Source: Lama guanicoe (Eukaryota). Taken from it: 64,000 bases of DNA. The stretch lies in NCBI GenBank assembly GCA_013239625.1, contig MU053216.1, forward strand, positions 994,001-1,058,000. Direction: 5' to 3'. The notes below the pieces were generated by a model. The model was given only the letters and a program-made list of their open reading frames with translations, ran no database searches and was not told the DNA's origin. Position numbers and translations under genes: made by a program. Shown in pieces: positions 48,271-61,496 of this stretch (its first letter is position 1; every line of letters begins with the position of its first letter).

Positions 48271-50554
48271 TTCTTTTTGCCTTCTATTGTTTTTGCTTTG
48301 CTCCCCAAGAAAGGGGACCCGACCTCTCAGATGTGAGGGGGACTGGCTAGGAAGCAGTCTGTGGGGCAGGAGGCGGCTCCGGTGCGGGCGTTCTCATTCC
48401 TTGCCTGCCAGGTTCTCCACTGTCTCCTCGCTGGAGCCCCAGCCCCAGCCCATCGTCTCCCCCACCCTCTGTCCCCTTGGACAATTGTCTTGCTGTGTCC
48501 TCTTTGCTGAATGCCCGCCCCCACCCAGCCTTGTGGTGGCAGGCTATTTTTAGGGGCTGGACAGTGCTCCCAGGAGCAGGGGGAGGTCTCCAGGGCCACG
48601 CCCAGGGGTGAGGGTGGGCTGGAAAGAAGAGAGGGCTAGACCCCAAGCCCCAGGCTGGCCACACACAGTCCCCGGGGAATCTCCCCCCTCCCTGAGATGA
48701 CACATTCCTCCTGGGGTTCAGGAGCGGCTGCCCAATTCTCAGGCTGCTGGTTCTGGCTATGCCCCTGGGGCTCCAGGCAGTGCTTATCCACCTGGGCTGG
48801 GGGCGGCCCTCCTGCGCTCTCCCCCGAAGCCCTACTTGGAGACGCTTTGGGGTGTGAGTCTCTCTCCTTACCTGTCTGATGTCTCTTCTCTCCCACCCCT
48901 ACCTGGGGGAGCCAAAAGGTGGTACAGCTTTTGTCCAAAGCTCCTTGTAACCAGCCCCACCCTCCGTGCCCCACCCGACTCCAGATTCCAGACTCCAGCG
49001 AGGGGGCTGGGGAGGGGCCTGCCTTGCTGTAGCCGCACTGTCCTGACCCAGCAGAACTGGACCAACTAGAGCAGGCTGGGGACAGGGGCTCCTTCAGAAC
49101 CTCAAAGGGGCTGCCTTGTGGCAGAAATCACGCCGCGTACTGAAGCTGTGGCTCACTGGATGTCAGATGGCTGCTTAGGGCCAGCCTCAGCTGCTACGGC
49201 GGGTCATATGGGGACAGGTGGCCAGGGCAGTGGGCATCACTATCTGTGCCACTGTCACTCACAGCGCTGGACATCAGTGGGACAAAGGCAGGGGAGGCCT
49301 CAGGTCACCCCGTCCCTTGTCTCCCAGGAGAGGAGGGAACTGAGGTGTAGGGAGGCCAATGACCTTTCCAAGGTCACATGCAAGTCCGTGATGGAGCCAG
49401 TAAAGCCAGATTAGTCTCACAGCCCAGTCCTGTGTGTGGCTTCCTCCACCCTTCCCTTGGCTTCTCCTGTCGGCACGCAGAAGTTACAGTAAAACACCTT
49501 CCTCCTTGTCAGCCCTGCCCTCAGAGACCCCAGGGCAGGGCAGCCAGGGCGCGGGCATCTGTCTCCATGGCACAGAGGAACAGCTGATGTCAGAGGCCTT
49601 GGGAAGACTTGTCCAAACCTGAGTCTCCACTGCCTGTTCCTAGTGTGGGGGTGTGTGTGTCTCGAAATGAACGTTTCCTTAGGGAAACTCCAGTTAATTG
49701 GATGGTGGTAGATAATGTGCCGTTGTGAGAAGGTACAGGCCCCCGTTCACTTTGCTCAGATCCCTGCCCCTCGCCAGCGGAAACATCTGCACAATCAGCT
49801 ACAGATCACAGCCGGGACCTGGAATTGGCCCCGATCCACCCTCTTCCTCCGATTCCCGGGTGCCGCTTGGACTGTGTGTGCGCGCGGGTGCGCGCGCGCG
49901 CGTCTGTGTGCGTGTGAGAGTGTGCGCGAGTGTGTGAGTCTATTCCCTTTTAACCGCTGTGGCTCAGTGGATCCACCACCACAGTGAAGACGCTGAGCAG
50001 CTCTGGAGCCGCGGGGCCCCTCAGGTGCCTCATCACCACGCCCACCTGCCCCCAGCCTCCCCACCACCCCTGAAACCAGTCTGCTCTCCATCTCTGCCGC
50101 TTTGCCACTTCAAGAGCGTGACACAAATGTAACCGTATGAATTGGCTTTTCCTGCCATCAGTGAGAGTCGCCCCCGGCAGACTCAGCCAGGCAGGGGTGC
50201 GCCCCGGTTTGTTCCTTTTATTGCCAAGTTGAGTCCGTAGCCAGGCCAGGGCTGTGCGGCTCTCCCGGGGCGGCTGTGTGGCTGGAGCTGGGGGCAGGGT
50301 TCTCCCCTGAGCACTGGGCAGGGCTGTGGCCTGAAAATGCATTTAGAGCCATTGTTCAGAAAGGCACGATGTTTGAGGCCGCTGCCCCTCTGGGGCGCTG
50401 GTGTCATCGTCGCCGACACAGGAGAGCGTGGGCAGACGCCGCGTCACGGGCTGCAAGGGGCGGGTGGACAGCAGGGCTCAGGTCTTCTCGCAGAGCTGAG
50501 GGCCGGCCCTCCGCCCACCCTGACTGCTTCTCTCCCCAGAGGGAAGTGGACACC

Positions 50555-50592
50555 ATGTCGGACGTGGAGGAGGCTGGAGAGGAGTACGAGGA
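50555..50592 (+). CDS. TNNT2: TNNT2 exon 2 coding part (exon starts 50540)
   Basis: accATG TCG GAC GTG GAG...GAG GA|gtgagt. Confidence 0.93.
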
Positions 50593-51297
50593 GTGAGTAC
50601 CGGGCGCCCTGTCGGTCCCCTCTGCACGCCTGGCCAGGGCTGCGGCATCCTGGGCCCCGAGGCCACCATCAGGCAAGGGGATCAGCAGTGAGCCCCCAGA
50701 GAGTTTCCCTAATGACTCCGAGGCCACAGAGTATCTAGCCCCAGAAACCCACTTCAGAGCCTTGTCACCGCTGCCTGGGAAGTTGCTGTCCCTGCACTTC
50801 CCTGTGCCCCACACTGCTCTGAGGGCCAGCTGTCCTAAGGGGGACACGCTGGAGGCCAGCCAGCCATCTCCTGGAGGGGCGGGTGCCCAGGGAGGAACCT
50901 GTGCAGGCACATCTGGGCGCGGAGGGTGGAGGGCTTGGGGGCTGCGTGTGGGTGGAGATGGGGGAGGAAGAGGGCTCTCGGGGTACAAGGGGAGCTGGGA
51001 GGTACGTGAGGGAAGAGGCTGGCAGAACGCAGGGGAGGTCAGCGGCTGACCTGATTTCCTGGGGACAGTGGGAGGCAACGTGGAGGGAGGCTGGGCTGGG
51101 CTGGGCTGGGCTTTGTGGCCAGGTGGGCTGGGCTTTGTGGCCAGGTGGGCTAAGCGGGGGACTCCAGGACCCAGTGAGGGGGCTAGGAACGGGCCATCTT
51201 CAGGAGAAGGCCTGTGTGTGGTGTGTGTGAGTGTGTGGTGTGAAGATGTGTGTGCAGCATGTGCTGTGTCCTGAAGGCATCTTTCCTCGCTCCACAG

Positions 51298-51308
51298 GGA
51301 GCAGGAAG
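51298..51308 (+). CDS. TNNT2: TNNT2 exon 3 (11 nt)
   Basis: cacag|GGAGCAGGAAG|gtaagc. Confidence 0.92.
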
Positions 51309-51416
51309 GTAAGCGCGCACCTGTCACTCCCTGGGTGGAAGGACAGCCTGGTTTGAAACCGACCTGACCCATCTCTTCTCTCCTCTCTTGCGGCCGCGGC
51401 CTCTTTCCTGGAGCAG

Positions 51417-51431
51417 AAGGAGATGTGGAAG
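51417..51431 (+). CDS. TNNT2: TNNT2 exon 4 (15 nt, alternative; EGDVE)
   Basis: gagcag|AAGGAGATGTGGAAG|gtatga after a long pyrimidine tract; symmetric phase 1. Confidence 0.8.
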
Positions 51432-51689
51432 GTATGAAGCTCAGGTGGACGGAGGTGGAAGGGGGGAGGCCAGAAGGAGGGCCTGGGGTGGGGGGCACCA
51501 TGTCCATTCCCACCCCTTGCTCTCTGCTGAGCAAAGAGCCTCCCCCCTCAACCAACCGCGGCCCCGAACTGGGATCAGCCCGAGCCCTGGGAGCTCAGAT
51601 CTCAGGACAAAAGCTTTAAACCTGTCTCTGCTGCCCACTGGCTTGTTCACACAGAATCGCCACTTTTCCCAGTGAATTATCTCTGCTTT

Positions 51690-52020
51690 CCCTCTAATTT
51701 CTTTTTTACCTTGTGAGGTTTTAAATGCTTGTAAAAGTAGCAAAAACAGAAGAATGCAGCCCCCCCCCATGCACCCGTCACCCAGCTCAGCGCCCACCAG
51801 CCCCGGCCAGTCTTCTTTCGCCTGCGCCTGCCTCCGCCCAGGACTGAGGGCAGACATCAGAATCAGCCCAGACATCACAGCATCTCCCGCTTACGTAGTT
51901 CAGCAATTTCTCTAAAAGATGAGCACTACTTGAATAGCGTAACCATAACAGCATGATCGCGCCTAAAACTTTCAGTTGAATACTTTTTCAAATGAGATCG
52001 TGGAAGTGTGCAGGTAGCTG
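51690..52020 (-). mobile_element. Old L1 3'-end fragment in TNNT2 intron 4
   Basis: AT-richer block with L1M-like phrases ('cccagacatca...tctctaaaagat...taaccataaca'); subfamily uncertain. Confidence 0.4.
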
Positions 52021-53392
52021 AGACATCTCATGCAGGTATGAAGACACTGTTACCTGGAGCAGGTCCACTGTGACCCCCAGATCTTTGCCCTTCCTTCTCT
52101 GTGATCATTACTGCAGCCTGGTGCCCCTTCTCCCTGAAAGCACCTAACCTTCTCTTCTTCCCGGGTGTTTGACCCACGGAGGTGGTCAGGAGAGCTCGCT
52201 CTGTCCTCAGCCTGCCCCCAAACAGCTTCTGCACCCCGAGCAGAGTGGACCTTGCCCCTGAGAGGCTCAGCAGATCCTCAGAAATGTCATTCTAGCACAT
52301 GGTGTGTGGATGTTAGGAGTTGGAAGTTCCGAGGACAGAGTCGGGGCTTGGGAGACATAGGGGCCGTTTCCGTGTCTTCTGGGGAAAATGGGGGCCGCCT
52401 GCACATGTGAGGCTGTTCTAGGGGTGCCTGTCAAAGAGGAGACACAGAGACGCTCCCAGGAGAACCTGGGAGGGGTGTTGGGAGCCAGCTCTCAAGGAAC
52501 AGCAAGCACTTCAGAGGCCATTTGGATAGTTTTGGAACCCAAATGTAGCTGGCTCCCCTCGAGGCTGTGTTCCCTGCCCAGCCCCTCCATACAGTGGGTT
52601 TCCTTGGCTTTGGGGAAGGAAGTTCGAGCCATAGACCCTGGATTTGGGACCCATCTGCGTGCTCTGCACAGTAGGACTTGATGGTAAATTAACAAAATAG
52701 CTCTCCACTGTGATGGCGGTCTGAGTCCCGTAGCATCTGCCTTGCTTGCAATGAATGGACCACAGCTGCGAGTAGCTACGCCCCTGCTGCCGGTGACCAG
52801 GAAAATGAGGTCTGGACAGACGTCACCAAGCTGCTAGGATGGCCAGCCCCAGGTCTCCGCTTCCTCCAGGAGACAGCAGTTCTATGCACATTGTTCCCTA
52901 GAGGCGGAACGCTGGGCGTTCCTCAGATGGGCAGCTTCCTTCCAAATCTGCCCCGAGCCCGGCTCTCCTGGAAAGGGGCGGTGTTCTGTGGGTACCCGAG
53001 AGGCTCCTTCGGGGTGGGAACGGGGAAGTGTTTGCTGGGAGTGAACTGACCCTGCTCTGCTCTCTGGAGCCTCTGCCCCAGCAGAGGGAGGCCAAGGCCC
53101 AGCCATGCAGAGGCAGGAGGTGGCCGGTTACCCCTCAGTCAGTGCTCCCCCGGCCAGGCACACCCGTACATCCCTGAGAAGTAAGTCCACCCTGGTGTCT
53201 GCATCCTGCTGACGAGGCACTGAGGCTCCAGGCAGTTACTGGAGCGGGGCGCCCAGGTTGCTAGGAGGTGGTGGGGCAGGACCTGGGCCCCGCCGCCCAC
53301 TCTCACCCTTCCACATGCTCCCGCCCCGTCCTCCTGCCCCAGACTAACCTGTCTGGCTTCTCCCCTTCACGGCTGCTGCTCCCTGACCCCAG

Positions 53393-53407
53393 AAGGGGAC
53401 AGAGATG
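53393..53407 (+). other. TNNT2: Remnant of TNNT2 fetal exon 5 (15 nt, GC donor)
   Basis: Branch point ACTAAC 53343-53348, pyrimidine tract, ccccag|AAGGGGACAGAGATG|gcagtgcagc; flanks align with the recalled human exon 5 context. Confidence 0.7.
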
Positions 53408-55111
53408 GCAGTGCAGCTTTGCCTGTCCCGTGACCCACCCCTGTCCCTGGGGCCGCCTGCCAGTCGGGCCTGTTGGGGGGGCAGGTGTGGGGGACCAAGG
53501 CCGCCGCTCCTGTTCCCGCTTCCTCAGCTCTCCCCTGGGCTGGGGGGAGGGGTGACCCAGCCTGGCCAGGCCCCCAGCCTGCTCCAAGTCCAGGTCTGGG
53601 GGGACTGACGTCTGCCTTCCTCTAGCGCCCCCACCATCCTGCTCCCGACCCTCCCTCTGGTGGACAGCACCCAGGCAGGGCAGCCAGGGGGTGAGGGGCC
53701 TGGGGACAGAGTCATTGGGGACTCCAGCTGGGGGACTGGAAATAGCTGGGGCAGGGGGGCATGATGTCAGCCCACAAGTGTGTGCTGCTGTGGGCAGGGC
53801 AAGACCAGGACAAGGGGGCAGACCGGGGCTTAAGTTTAGAAAGAGCTTTCTGACAGTGACATCTGAGGGTGTCGTGGGCAGCTGGGTGCCCATCTAGTGG
53901 GTGCTGTGTGGCCACTGGGTGAGGGTGAGGATTGAAACATCAGAGTGGGAGAGGTGTTAACGAGATGGCTGGAAGGTGGCCCCCACACCTGGCCCCGTCC
54001 TTGCTGGCCAGCCCTCCACTGTCACCCCCTGCTGGAAGGATCCTCTTTGAGGTAAGCATCCTGCAGGGGTCAAAGAAGAGGCATCTCCAGGCCTCAGAGA
54101 GGACTCAGACCTAGGAAAAGAAAGGAGGCCGGGGCAGGGGAGGCCGGGGCGGTGGAGACTGGGGTGGACGTTTCTCGTGCTGGCCCCGCCCCGTCGGGCT
54201 TTCCCACCCCCTCTGCTCAGAGGCCGCCACCCAAGGCCCTCAGCCCAGGAGCATCGCAGGCACCTCTTACAGGCCGAGCTGTGTGCCTGGCATCACGCTG
54301 TCTAACGTGTCTGTCTGCTCTGAGCATCTGACTGAGGTGGGGGCCACCTCCTGCCGAGCGAGTGGATGAAACAGGAGGATCCCCGGCTCTCTGGGTGGCG
54401 CACATGCCCACGTGGCGGGCAGCTCGTTCACTCACGTGCAGGCCAGCTCCTGGTTTCTCTCTGATGCAGATGAAGGGTTTCTAGGGTCTAAGTCCCCGAT
54501 AGGGGCTTCCCTGACCCCTGTGGTGCCACATCCCTGGGTGCAAAGTCGGGGAGTGGGGCGGGGAGTGAGGCGGGGAATGGGCGCCGAGTCAGACAGAAAG
54601 CCCACAGGCAGAGTCCCCGTCCAGCGGGGCCTCGAGGCCACCCCGCTCTGGGGCTGCCCCCGCCGCCTGCCCCCCGTGCTCCTGCCCTCCCCGCGGTCTG
54701 CGGGTCCAGAGCAGGTGTCCAGAGACCCCGGGAGGCGAGGCTCAAACAGAAGGACCTGCACAGCCACGCCTTTCCGCTGTGTTCCCCGGCGGCCAGCGGA
54801 CGTCCCGCGAGGAGCGGCGTTTCAGGCTTTGCGGTGCACAGTCCCTGCGGCAGCGGGCCAGTTCTGCTGCAGCCTGAGGCAGCCGGGCCAAGTACCGGCA
54901 GAACTTTATTTACGGAAGCAGTCTGGGGGCCAGGTTGGGCCCTGGGGTTTGCCAAATTCTGGTTTAAACCAAGAACAGAGCCGCCCCGGCCAGTCACACC
55001 AGTCACCCCCACATTCATCCTGCCCCTGGATGCCGCTGCGCCCCCCAGCCCCCCGTTCTCCTGCCGGCACATGCGGGGCCTGGGTTCACTGTGTCTGGGT
55101 CACTTCTCCAG

Positions 55112-55168
55112 AGCAGGAGGCAGCGGGAGAAGAGGCTGGAGGCGAGGCTGAGGAGCCCAATGTTGAAG
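55112..55168 (+). CDS. TNNT2: TNNT2 exon 6 (57 nt)
   Basis: tccag|AGCAGGAG...GAAG|gtgagg; acidic [19 protein letters not shown]. Confidence 0.88.
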
Positions 55169-55541
55169 GTGAGGCTCTGCTCGGAGCAGGGCGGGAGTCT
55201 GAGGGTCCGAGGGGCTTTGTCCTGGCACCCAGGTGACAAGCGCCCTGGAGCCATTCCCACGGCAGCAAGAAATCTGCCTGGAACATGCTTTGCAGCCCGG
55301 ACAGCAGTGCGTCCTGCCTGGGCTGGGGCTCAGCCCTCGGCTGTCTGCTCAATAGACGCTGACCACATGCTCCTCTTGTGCCAGGTTGTCTTGGGCGTGG
55401 GGGTGGGTGTGTGGACAGAGAGCTCCCGGACCCCAGGCCCCCGCAGGGCACGCTTAGCCAAGGACCTATGTGGGGAGGCTCTTGGCGGGGGGGCCTGAGC
55501 TCAGAACCAGGACCTTTACTGATTTCTCATGTTCTGTTTAG

Positions 55542-55577
55542 AAGATGGACAAGAAGAGGATGCTAAGGAGGTGGAAG
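55542..55577 (+). CDS. TNNT2: TNNT2 exon 7 (36 nt)
   Basis: tttag|AAGATG...GAAG|gtgagg. Confidence 0.9.
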
Positions 55578-56353
55578 GTGAGGACGCTGGACATCGGGAT
55601 GAGAACGGGGGGGCCAGGGAGCAGGGCAGCTCTGGGGGAGGGGATGGGGCTCGAGGATGAGAGGACAAGGCTCGGTGACCATGTGGGTTTTGGAGAGAAG
55701 CTGCCTTGGTGGTGCCCAGAGGGAGAGGGCCGGGTGTCCAGTCTAGGTGTCCAGTCTAGGCTGGGCAGTGGCCACAAGTCACATGTGCACACGAGTCTCC
55801 TGGAGCTTGGGTGACTCTCTCAAGAGTGCAGCATCTGCAGGATGAGATCCCACACACAGATGGTCCATGGGGCGGGTCACTGCTGTGGTCGCTGTCGGGC
55901 TTCAGCCTTCTCCAGCCGCCCAGGTGGCCCCAGTCATGCCTCCGGGGACAGTGCAGCCAGTGGGGCTGGGAATCATGCCCCTCAGCTTCCTGGTCCTGGG
56001 CCACCAGGAGATCTGGGGGCAACTGAGGAGGCAGAGACCGGGAGGGGACTCTGGGGCTAGGACCCCCAGGGACTGTGCCTCTGGCCGTCCTCCCTGCAGG
56101 CCAGTGCTGCTGATGAGAGGGCTGTGTGTGTCCCCGAGACACCCCCAGGGATGCTGTGAGACACAGTGTGGGGTTTGCCACCCTGATGCTTAGTTCTTTG
56201 GATTCTCCTGCAACCAGGGGTCCCCAAGGCTGGGAGGGCTGTCCCCAGGGCGGATGGGGAAGCAGAGGCCCACGGGTACCTAGTTCATCAGGGCAGAGTG
56301 AGACCAGACCCAGGACCTCCTGACCCCTGGCTGTGTGCTTCCCTCCTCTCCAG

Positions 56354-56387
56354 ACGGCCCAGTGGAGGGGTCCAAACCCAAGCCCAG
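56354..56387 (+). CDS. TNNT2: TNNT2 exon 8 ([11 protein letters not shown])
   Basis: tccag|ACGGC...CCCAG|gtgagt, 34 nt. Confidence 0.93.
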
Positions 56388-57482
56388 GTGAGTGGGGCGC
56401 ACCTGTCTGCACTGAAGCCCTGGGGGCAGGGGCCCGTCAGAGGGCACAGCCGCGACCAGGCCGCAGTGCCCTGTGGCACAGGGGGCATGGGCTGGGGGGT
56501 GTACAGGTCGTGTGCTGCACAAGAGTCTCACTGGGGTTTGCGTGTCGGGGGGGACTTGGGGGCCGAAATCCACCCACAGTCCATCACCAGTTCTGTGCCC
56601 CCCACGGTCAGCACTGCCTTCATCTAGAGGAAAAGACGGTCCTGACCCTGGGCGGACACCCCATCCTGTCCCACAGGAGAGCTAGAACACCCTCCTCAGT
56701 GGCTGCAGTGGGACCTGGGGAAAGAGGGAAGAACACTGCGGGGAAGCCAAGCAGTGAAGCCGTGTCAGCCTAGGCCTGTGGCTTCAGAGAGTCCCAAAGG
56801 GCCCCACGGGGCAAATTGGTGCCACATACGTGACATCGCCTGGGCGCTGGGTGTGGGGTGGGGTGGGGGCCCATGAGGTTTTCCTTTCGGGAGGGCCAAT
56901 CCCACCAGCAGAAGGTGCCTCAGCACACGTGCAGGGGTCTTCCAGCTTCAGCGGGCGGGTCTGAAATGGCCTGACACCAGCCCGGCCCCACAAGTCCAGC
57001 TCCCCTCCCGTTCCTGCGCTGGTACGAACACAGGAGGGTCTCGTTTCAGCCCCACACAGACGAGGGCAGACGGGGAAACCAAGGCCCAGAGCCCACGGGC
57101 CCCATGTCACACAGCTAGGGTGTGGTGGGGTGGGGACCAGGCTCCTGGGGAGATGCCAGGACGTGGCCAAATGCATCACCTGTCAGCCTCTCTTCCTCCT
57201 GGCTGTGTGGCTTTGAGCAAATCACTACGTCTCTGAGCCTCGGTTTTCTTAACTGAGATCAGTGGTTCCTGCTCCGTGTCTGATGAAGGGACACGTGTGA
57301 GAGCTGTGGGACCCCCACGTGGGTGCTGAGTGAGCGTGAGGACCCCATGTGGACACTGGCGCTGGTATCACCGGGCAGTGGGCCGCCACGCTTCCACAGG
57401 GAGGAGGGGCTCCTGTCCACCGGGCACCGCAGCCCCTCAGGTCCAGGGAGGGGTGGCGCTCACGCCTCCTTCTGTCCGCCAG

Positions 57483-57543
57483 GCTGTTCATGCCCAACCT
57501 GGTGCCGCCCAAGATACCTGACGGAGAGAGAGTGGACTTCGAC
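57483..57543 (+). CDS. TNNT2: TNNT2 exon 9 (LFMPNLVPPKIPDGERVDFD)
   Basis: gccag|G...GAC|gtgagt, 61 nt. Confidence 0.96.
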
Positions 57544-57674
57544 GTGAGTGCCGGCTTTGGGGAGGGCCGGCTCCATGGGAGAGACCTCATGGCCTTGTGG
57601 CTGCGGAAGGTCGCGGCAGGAGGGCATCCAGCGCTGGCCGCTGTCCTGGGTTCAGGCCCCAGCTGCCCCTCTGA

Positions 57675-57887
<213 letters not shown>

Positions 57888-58434
57888 TGAGGTCCAGCAG
57901 GGGCCCCCTTCCCACCCCAGAGGGCTGGAGCTGACCCATCCTCTCTGACCACCCCTACCCCCTCCCTCCCAGCGGGCAGAAGCCCCCCCACAATGGAGGG
58001 AAGATGCAGGTGGCCTCTGGAATCCCAGCTATCCCACTGGCGGGGGAGGTTACTTGGATTCCTTGTTCTCTCTCCACGGCCCATGTTGCTAGGTTGGCTG
58101 AGGACTTGGCCTCTATCTCCTGGCAGAGGGCCATTGTCAGGGTTGGGGGGGCACTGAGGGACACGGAGAAGCTGCCTGACATTTTTCAGAAGCTGAGGTC
58201 AGTCCCACGAGTACGGCTCGACGCGGGCCACCCATCCATCTTGGCCAGGGCGTTCCTGTGTCTGTTGTCCAAGGGACCGGCTGTGAGCAAAGGCCCTCGC
58301 AGGGAGACGCCGCTGCCCTGAGACTCTGAGGGGACAGCCCCTGGGGCTGCCTTGCCTCCTCTTTCCCGGGGGTCCTGTGTTCCCGATGACCCCTCCGCAC
58401 GCACACGCTGGGCAGGCTGTGTTTCCCTGCATAG

Positions 58435-58512
58435 GAGAAAAGGCGGGCGGAGCGGGCAGAGCAGCAGCGCATCCGGACTGAGCGGGAGAGGGAGCGTCAG
58501 ACCCGCCTGGCT
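58435..58512 (+). CDS. TNNT2: TNNT2 exon 11 (EKRRAERAEQQRIR...RLA)
   Basis: catag|GAG...GCT|gtgagt, 78 nt. Confidence 0.95.
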
Positions 58513-58898
58513 GTGAGTGACCCGCCCAGGCCCCTCGCTATCCATAGGCCAGCACTCAGTCCTGAGCGCTGGGCATTGTTTGGGCTCCAGTGATTCCCAG
58601 CGAACAGGACAAAATGCACTTAACGTCCTCATCCCTCCCCAGTGCAGGCCCCTGGGAGTTGAGGCACCGTGGCCCCCTTCCTGCGCTGCTGCCCAGGACC
58701 TTCCACAACCACGGGGCCCCCCAGAGTCCCCGGCCTGAGGGGTGGTGGGGCCTCACACTTGGGAATCAGGACCCCGTTCGTCACCGCTCAGCAACCTCCA
58801 GCCCCAGGCCCTGTGCCAGAGACGCCCTAGAGACACCCCACTCAGCCACGAAGACCCCAGCGCCAGCCCAGGGTTGGGGTTTCGGCCCCTGCCCCTAA

Positions 58899-59384
<486 letters not shown>

Positions 59385-59662
59385 TGAGCCCTGTAGACGT
59401 GGGCTGGTTTACCCCTGGGAGCTCACTCCCAGGTCCTAGTGTGGGTGCCCCGCACCCAAGATCCTCCATCCTCAGGGGGAGGGGAAACGGGAAATCGATT
59501 TCTTCAATGCAGTGGACTCATCAGAACGTTTTCCTAGACTTCTAAGCCCCTGGTCAGGACCGGGCCAGCCCCCTGGCTTTTGCACTCAGGTGACCATACC
59601 AGCAGGACGCTGCAGTCAGAATAGCCCCCACCCTAACCCTAACCCAGACGCCTGTCCAGTAA

Positions 59663-61129
<1,467 letters not shown>

Positions 61130-61271
61130 GTGAGTACCCCCGCCCCCGCCACTGCCCGCCCCGCCCCGCCTCTTGTCTCCCAGCCACCCCTCCTTCTCCT
61201 TCCCTCAGCGCCGACCGTGGAGAGCTGCTGCCCTGCCCTGCTCTGCCTCACAGGGCCTGCTTCTCTTGCAG

Positions 61272-61317
61272 CTCCAAGACCCGCGGGAAGGCCAAGGTCA
61301 CCGGGCGCTGGAAGTAG
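61272..61317 (+). CDS. TNNT2: TNNT2 exon 17 coding part (SKTRGKAKVTGRWK*)
   Basis: tgcag|C TCC AAG...AAG TAG. Confidence 0.96.
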
Positions 61318-61490
61318 AGGCCCGGCCTCCTTCCCCCAGGCCCTCCTCCCTGGCCATGTCCCTGCCCTGCACGCCCCCTGCTCCTGGGGGCCCCCGAGCA
61401 CCCCCCCGGGCCAACTGCCCCCTGCAGCCCAGGAGCTGCCCAGCTGGACGCCGCACTCACGCTGACCCCCACACGCCCACCCCAGCCCGG

Positions 61491-61496
61491 AATAAA
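61491..61496 (+). terminator. TNNT2: TNNT2 polyadenylation signal AATAAA
   Basis: About 175 nt after the stop codon, followed by a T/GT-rich element at ~61522-61538. Confidence 0.88.

Noticed and set aside
50404..51555. 383-aa Pro-rich minus-strand ORF, and similar long ORFs (1650-2624, 13608-14522, 33849-34787, 44453-45469)
   Set aside because: Low-complexity P/G/A/R/S composition expected from high GC; no recognisable domain or exon structure
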